Shown piece after piece: positions 45,201-51,029 of a DNA stretch of 51,029 nt (position 1 is its first letter; each line of letters starts with the position of its first letter). The stretch is taken from positions 937,558 through 988,586 of the forward strand of contig NW_015164196.1 in the NCBI RefSeq assembly GCF_001447785.1, written 5' to 3'. The notes below the pieces were generated by a model. The model was not told the DNA's origin, ran no database searches, and worked only from the letters and a program-made list of their open reading frames with translations. Source of the DNA: Gekko japonicus (Eukaryota). A program made the position numbers and the translations under genes.

Positions 45201-46240
45201 CCCCCCCCCCAATAATTCCAACAATACTGTTGATGCTCTGAACCTGTGCTTGGAGTCAGTAACGGGTTGGATGAGGGTAAGCAAGCTGAAACTTAATCCT
45301 GGCACGACAGAGGTTCTCTGGGTTAGTAAGAAAGGCAGGGCAGGTGTTTCAGATCTCTGCTGTCTTGGATGGGGATCTACTCCTCTTGAAAAGCCAGGTT
45401 CACAGCTTGGGAATGCTAAACACAGCAGTCGCCTTAGACAAGCAGAGAGCTGCAGAAGTCTGGAGTGCTTTTGCCCAGCTCTGGTTGTTGCATCAGCTGC
45501 ATCTCTTCCTGCTCCGGTCAGAACTAGCCACAGTGTTTCATGCCTTAGTTACGCATAGATTGAACTATTGCAATGTGCTCTACTTGGGGCTACCCTTGAA
45601 GAGTGTTCGGAGGCTGAAGCTAGTGTGGAACGCTGTGACTAGACTGCTGATCAGGGCCCACTATCCGGAGGGTGTCACCCAGATATTAAATCAATTACAC
45701 TGGCTACCAATCCACTCCTGAGCCCAATTCAAGGTATTGGTTTTGCGCCTTAAAGTTTTGCATGCTTTGGGACAATGGTGTTTGAAGGACCATCTTTTCC
45801 CATATGCCTGAGAATCAAAACCACAGGGAGAGGCACCTTAAAGTTTTGCATGCTTTGGGACAAGGGTGTTTGAAGGGCCATCTTTTCCCATATGCTCCTG
45901 CCTGAGAATCAAAACCACAGGGAGAGGCCCTCCTGATTGTCCCATCAATCAAAGAAGATCATCTGCTGGGTACACAAGAGAGGGCCTTTTCAGTGGCAGC
46001 CCCATGAATGTGGAACTACCTCCCCAGGGAGGTGTGCCTGGCCCCCCTCACCTTCAATCTTTAGGGGGAAGCTGAATGCAGCTTTATTTAAGACTGCGTT
46101 TCACCAAAGCAGTTCTATATGGTGGTTTTAAATTTTGGGTTTTTCATGTATTTTATTTTTTGCACTGTATCGGGGCTGTAAGCCGTCTTGAGCTCCATAA
46201 GGAAGAAAGGTGGCTAATAAATGTTTTAAATAAATAAAAT
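42260..46240 (+). mobile_element. Long degenerate L2-clade LINE (APE, RT, 3' tail), interrupted by other insertions
   Basis: LTLCNPRSV...DLACVTETWL (APE); LLDLSVAFDTINH, GVPKGSVLSP, YADDTQLY, KLKLNPGTTE, RLNYCN, LHWLPI (RT); (TAAA)n tail; ~90-bp internal duplication near 45748-45928. Confidence 0.88.
43605..43637. repeat. (AAAT)n tail/microsatellite
   Basis: Run of ATAA repeats ending an L2/SINE-type tail. Confidence 0.85.
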
Positions 46241-46476
46241 AAGCGTGAGCAGCTCTGGTTAGGATCAAGATATGAAAATAAAAAATTGCTGGGCTGCCTC
46301 CAGATCCAGACGCTATTAAAGAAGTACAAATTATTTTCTTTTTTTAAGGCTAAGAAGACACGGCTGGATTCAAAGGGGCAGGAAGGACCACAGCAAGACC
46401 ACCTTAAAACGCAGGACACGGCATCCTCAGGGAAGCCGAGCTGGCAAAATCCAGGCTTTGGCCCATGAAGTCTCAC

Positions 46477-46584
46477 CTGATTTGTGTTGGTGTGCAGGAG
46501 CGTGTTCCGCACTAGTGTGCGCGCGTGGCGTCACATAGCGAATGGAAGTCTCTTCGAGGTACTTGTCTACGAGATCAGGGCACA
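46477..46584 (-). CDS. DEDD: DEDD coding exon 2
   Basis: VCPDLVDKYLEETSIRYVTPRAHTSAEHAPAHQHKS; 108 nt. Confidence 0.96.
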
Positions 46585-47648
46585 CTGTGGAAAAAGAGAG
46601 CACATGAGAAGGGGCAGGGTTACCTGTTCCCAACAAGCGGAAAACAGGTACTTGGTACGAACAGCAGAAGGCCATGATACGGATCCCCCTTGCCAGAGGT
46701 CAGTTCACACGAGAAGGGGGAGTTGAGGGAAGAGAAGAATGCTGGGAGGGTGTCCTTAAAGAAAGGGTGGGGTGGGGTTAAAGAATTTGCATGCCACACC
46801 ACCTCAGAAGTCTTTTTTTGAAGGTCCTGAACGAATAGGGCCAGTTTCTCCTAAATGAGGGGAATGAAGGGGAAACCATCTCCACGTGGGTTTTTTTATT
46901 CACGCCGAGGACAGCGTAGGAACACCTGGGGATCTTGCATGGAAGGTTTTTTTGTTTTTTTAAAGGAGCCCTACTGTTGAAAGAGACTTTGGTTCATGAG
47001 GCTGAGAAGAAGCAATCTGGGGAGGGATTTTAATGGGATGTCATTGATTAATCACTTTGGTTGATTAATCATGCCTGGAAGTGGGCAAGAAGCAGCCGGG
47101 CACCACCATGCCTAGATCCAGCTCCAACTGAATCCCGCCCCCTCCCATCACTGGCTGTTAACTGAGGCGACCATCAGAAGAGGTCAAGAAGCAGCCAGGC
47201 ACCCACCCACCCACCCTAGCCAGATCCCACTGATAACCCCCCCCCCAATAGATCACTGGAATTGAATTTTGATGTCATTTGTCTTCCTTTTAATAATCCC
47301 CATGGGCTGCTTTAGAGCCACATTTTGGCAAAAAAAAGTAGGGCAGATATATATTTTTACTCATTAGTAAGTATATGCTTACCCTCTATTATAAAAAAAG
47401 AATGTAGGTCTATTATGTATGCATATTAAAAAAGGGAACCTCCATGGTTATCAAACCAGATACTGGAACAAAACAGCTTTGTGATCTATTAGTAAGCAAG
47501 CCAGGGCATCCAGTGGCCCCCACTGCAAACAAATGAGACAGGAATTGGTCCATCCAGGTACCCTCATTTCTATTGTTTCAGCGCACTCAACAGTGGCTCC
47601 AAGAAGTCACCATCAGACCCATGAAAGCCCAAGCGAGAGGAGACGTAC

Positions 47649-47973
47649 CAGCCCTCCTCCTCTTCAAAGTGACATAGGGCAACAAGTCGTGGCGGGTGAT
47701 GATCCTCAGCAGCTGCAGCACCTGGCGGAAGTTGGTCTCGTCACAGCGGCCCTGCCTCTCCAGAGCCAGCAGAAAGTCCCGGCCGCTGCGGATCATCCCC
47801 CGCTCGTAGTCATCGATCACGTCCACAAAGAGGAAGGACAGGACCCGGACGTCCCTGTGGGTCAGGTGGGTGCCCACGATGTCGAACATGCGGTGCAAGC
47901 TGTAGAGGCCGTGCTCCCGGTCGCCCTCTTCCTCTGGCCAGGCTTGCTTCCGGTTCCGTTTCAAGGCAGCCAT
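47649..47973 (-). CDS. DEDD: DEDD coding exon 1 (death effector domain); exon starts at 48039
   Basis: AAGATGG start; MAALKR...HGLYSLHRMFDIVGTHLTHRDVRVLSFLF...LLRIITRHDLL (RxDL motif); acceptor TTCTAG, donor GTACGT. Confidence 0.98.
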
Positions 47974-48202
47974 CTTGCGTGACTGCCAGGCCCAGTTTGG
48001 CCCACCCAGCTTCCTCAAGAATTGGGGCACGAATGGCTCCTAGAACTGGGACACAAAGATGCAAAAAGAGACTTTTCCATCTGTCTGGTACTGAGGTAAC
48101 AACTTGGCACTGATATTTTTGTGGCCAAAATTACATCATATCCTGGTTCTCTAATATAAAGCAAATTTCAATTACATCAAATGGTGTTTTGCTGGTTTAC
48201 AA

Positions 48203-48301
48203 ACAATATGAATCTTCCAATAAAAATCAACAGCAAACTCCTTTGTATGACAATATGAATCTTCCAATAAAAATAAAAATCAACAGCAAACTCCTTTGTA
48301 T
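48203..48301. repeat. ~48-bp tandem duplication
   Basis: ACAATATGAATCTTCCAATAAAA...ATCAACAGCAAACTCCTTTGTAT twice. Confidence 0.85.
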
Positions 48302-49339
48302 TAAAATAACCAAAAGGTGTAAATGAACAGAAGAAATGAAATCAACCAAAGGCAGGCATGCTAACCATCATAGCTACATGTCTCAGCATCGCAATCTAAA
48401 TGGGCCTCTCCCCGGTTACCAACTACCTCGTCCCAAGAGACAGAGGGACCTGAGGAAGACCCCCAAGGAGGATCTCTGTTAACTGGAGCAACGCAGCTCT
48501 TCAGATACTCTGGGCCCAAACTGTTTCAAGGCTTTATAAACATTATGTCATGGCTTCACAATATGGAGTGTTCAAAGTGTTTCACATTCATTAGCTTTTT
48601 TAGTCCTTCCACAATTACTGAAAGGTAGACCAGTATTGTTATCCCCATAGGGCAGACAAGGGGCTGAGAACAGCTGGCCTAAATCCGCATTGTGAGGCAG
48701 GATTCAAACCAATGAGTTCCTGATCCATAACCTGGGATCTTAGGGCCAAATGCATTATGGCTTTTAAAGAGTTGGGTCTGAGTTCCCCAAGTATCTGTGA
48801 ACACAGGACAGCAGGGGATGTAACTTCCTCCCACACTTTTTTCATGTGGGAAAATGACTGGGGGGGGAACCTTTCCTCCCCCTGCGGTGCCATTTCGAGA
48901 CCATTTGGGTTCTCTTTTTTAAAAATATAGCTGTTCCCTGCAGCTGTTGTGTGGCTGCACGGAACACGAGCTGGGTCTGGGCAACCTGGACCCAACTCTT
49001 TAAAAACAGTAATGTGTCGTTTGGCTCTTCGTCTCTATGCTATTCTATTTCAACTTAGATGGGGCAAGACGTCACTCGTGCTATTAAGTCCTGCCACACA
49101 CATTGGAACCAATTTTTGACCTACCCTCTTCATAAGGGTTACAGGAGCAAAGGAAAGGTTCTTCCCTTGGTAGTCTTCTGCTTTCTCATTAATGACACAT
49201 TGACTGTAGCGTGGTGGGCAGTATGTTCTGGCAATCTTAGCCATCACACACTGCAAAAAAAAGGTAGTGGTCTCTTAGGGTTGCTGAACCCAACACCTTT
49301 TGGGATCTCTAGGTCAAACACCACTTCATCTGCTTAGCT

Positions 49340-49780
49340 GGATAATCTAGATACTTTTCTCCCTTTCTCACAATACAAGAACTTGTGGGCGCTCAATGAA
49401 ATTGCTGAGCAGTCGGGTTAGAACAGATAAAAGGAAGTACTTCTTCACCCTAACAGTGATTAACACATGGAATTCACTGCCACAGGAGGTGGTGGCAGCT
49501 ACAAGCCTGGACAGCTTCAAGAGGGAATTAGATCAGCATATGGAGCAGAAGTCCATCAGTGGCTATTAGCCACAAGGTATGGATAGGGACTCTCAGGCTG
49601 GGGCATGTGATGCACTGTATTCTTGGTGCCCGGGCGGAGGCAACAGTGGGAGAGCTTCTAATGTCCTGGCCCCACTGGTGGACCTCCTGATGGCACCTGG
49701 TATTTTTGACCACTGTGTGACAGCGTGTTGGACTAGATGGGCCACTGGCCTGATCCAACATTATCTTCTCTTATGTTCTT
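49340..49780 (+). mobile_element. CR1 LINE 3' fragment
   Basis: ACAGATAAAAGGAAGTACTTCTTCACC...TGGAATTCACTGCCACAGGAGGTGGTG...TCTCTTATGTTCTT. Confidence 0.88.
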
Positions 49781-49904
49781 AGATCAACTGAAGACTCCAG
49801 ACAAAACAGGGGTGACGGTGTCAGGGGATGTCAAGTGTGAAAAAAATGGGAAGCTCTTGGAGACCCAAAGAAAAACACTTTTATTATCAGTCTTTATATC
49901 ACTG

Positions 49905-50115
49905 TTTTTTGCCTTCAAGTCCAGCTGACTCATGGCGACCCCATAGGGTTTTCAAGGCAAGAGACGTTCAGAGGTGGCTGGCCATTGCCTGCCCCCACCT
50001 CACAGCCCTGGTATTCCTTGGAGGTCTCCCATCCAAATGCTAGCCAGGGACACCCCTGTTTAGCTTCCAAGATCTGTTGAGATTGAGCCAGCCTAGGTTA
50101 TCCATGTCAGGGCAT
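49905..50115 (-). mobile_element. 5S rRNA-headed Sauria-type SINE
   Basis: GGTCTCCCATCCAA...TTAGCTTCCAAGATCTG (5S reverse) and GGTTTTCAAGGCAAGAGACGTTCAGAGGTGG tail. Confidence 0.8.
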
Positions 50116-50806
50116 TAGTCTACCAAAGAACAAAAGACAGCAACGACAAGAACAAGTGATCGTCAGGAGGAACAACCAGAGAGATTCCGCTGAAACCCAG
50201 AAGTTCCCATCTGGGCTGAATTCCAAAGCAGTTTATATAGTATCTTCAGTACACATAGACTAGCAGTATTCCATGCAGGTCCTGAATTAGTTTCTCACAC
50301 CAGATTAGGCTGTAACCTGACCTTGAGAGCTAGTATATACAAGTTGTTTCCTCTTCCCAGACACTGTGCTTACATTTGCAACTGTAAATCACTGTAAGGC
50401 ACATGACATTCTTTAACAAAGCATACTGTTTAATACAGACAACGGAACACATATCTAGGATTAGTTGTCCCTCAGAACTTTTCAGTGATTCCACACAAGT
50501 GTTGTGAAAGAGATGGATTTAACTACAATAGATGGGATACTACTACTACCGGATAACTTTATATTCTGCCTTTTTGCCATGGCATTCAAGATGGATTACA
50601 ATTTAAATGTTAACACCTACAATACATGCCACTCAAGAGCAGACAGAAAAGGGAGAAGAAAGAAAGCAAATTCAGGCACTAACTCTTAAATAACAGCCAG
50701 GCAGAATGCAAGACACCTGTCTAGGAAGTTACCAAGCCAATGGCAGATGGTGCAAAGTAAGACAGAAGGAGACTTTTCTGCCTTCCTTCATACTCTGTTG
50801 GAAAGG

Positions 50807-50924
50807 ACCCAACAAAGACTACCATGTTAGATCATGTTAAGAGCTTTGAGGAAAAACACCCAACGAAAAAGACCCAACAAAGACTACCATGTTAGATCAT
50901 GTTAAGAGCTTTGAGGAAAAACAC
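50807..50924. repeat. Direct repeat, ~53-bp unit at 65-bp period
   Basis: GACCCAACAAAGACTACCATGTTAGATCATGTTAAGAGCTTTGAGGAAAAACAC twice. Confidence 0.9.
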
Positions 50925-50959
50925 ATGAACACAGAAGGACTATCAGCGAACATGAAGCT

Positions 50960-51029
50960 GCTAGTTTGGTGTAGTGGTTAAGAGCATGGACTCTAATCTG
51001 AAAGAACTGGGTTTGATTCCCCACTCTTC
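50960..51029 (+). mobile_element. Squam3-like SINE 5' end, cut by the window edge
   Basis: AGTTTGGTGTAGTGGTTAAG...GGTTTGATTCCCCACTC. Confidence 0.8.

Noticed and set aside
42366-45721. Active or domesticated LINE protein
   Set aside because: Multiple stops, frameshifts and nested insertions.
47533-47982. Antisense ORFs opposite DEDD exons (also 37119-37565)
   Set aside because: Expected shadow frames of GC3-rich coding sequence.
47974-48030. N-terminal extension of DEDD shown in the ORF track
   Set aside because: Starts at a GTG in the 5' UTR part of the exon; the ATG at 47973 has good context and gives the expected 318 aa.

Overview
Vertebrate nuclear DNA, almost certainly a squamate and probably a gecko (abundant Squam3-type and 5S/Sauria-type SINEs, CR1, L2, RTE/BovB, Penelope-like elements, hAT MITEs). 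Four intact spliced genes were reconstructed by hand, each with GT-AG introns and consistent phases: KLHDC9 (+, 4 coding exons, 348 aa), PFDN2 (-, 4 exons, 164 aa), NIT1 (+, 7 coding exons incl. a predicted split AT|G start, 336 aa) and DEDD (-, 4 coding exons, 318 aa; its 5' non-coding exons were not identified and may lie beyond the window). Order and orientation match the human 1q23.3 block as I recall it. Most other ORF-track entries are spurious or TE fragments. The most notable non-routine signals are: six same-strand copies of an 18-bp YY1-core motif with a conserved extension in the PFDN2/NIT1 bidirectional promoter; minimal hammerhead-ribozyme motifs in TSD-flanked Penelope-like fold-back elements in PFDN2 and NIT1 introns, intact only antisense to the host gene; a splice-dependent NIT1 start codon with a competing donor and duplicated decoy acceptors; an RFX X-box pair plus splice donor that may be the real KLHDC9 promoter; and nested hAT insertions, including a duplication joined exactly at a lone MITE terminus. 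I cannot show from sequence alone that any of these is a wholly new system. Repeat boundaries without TSDs are approximate.
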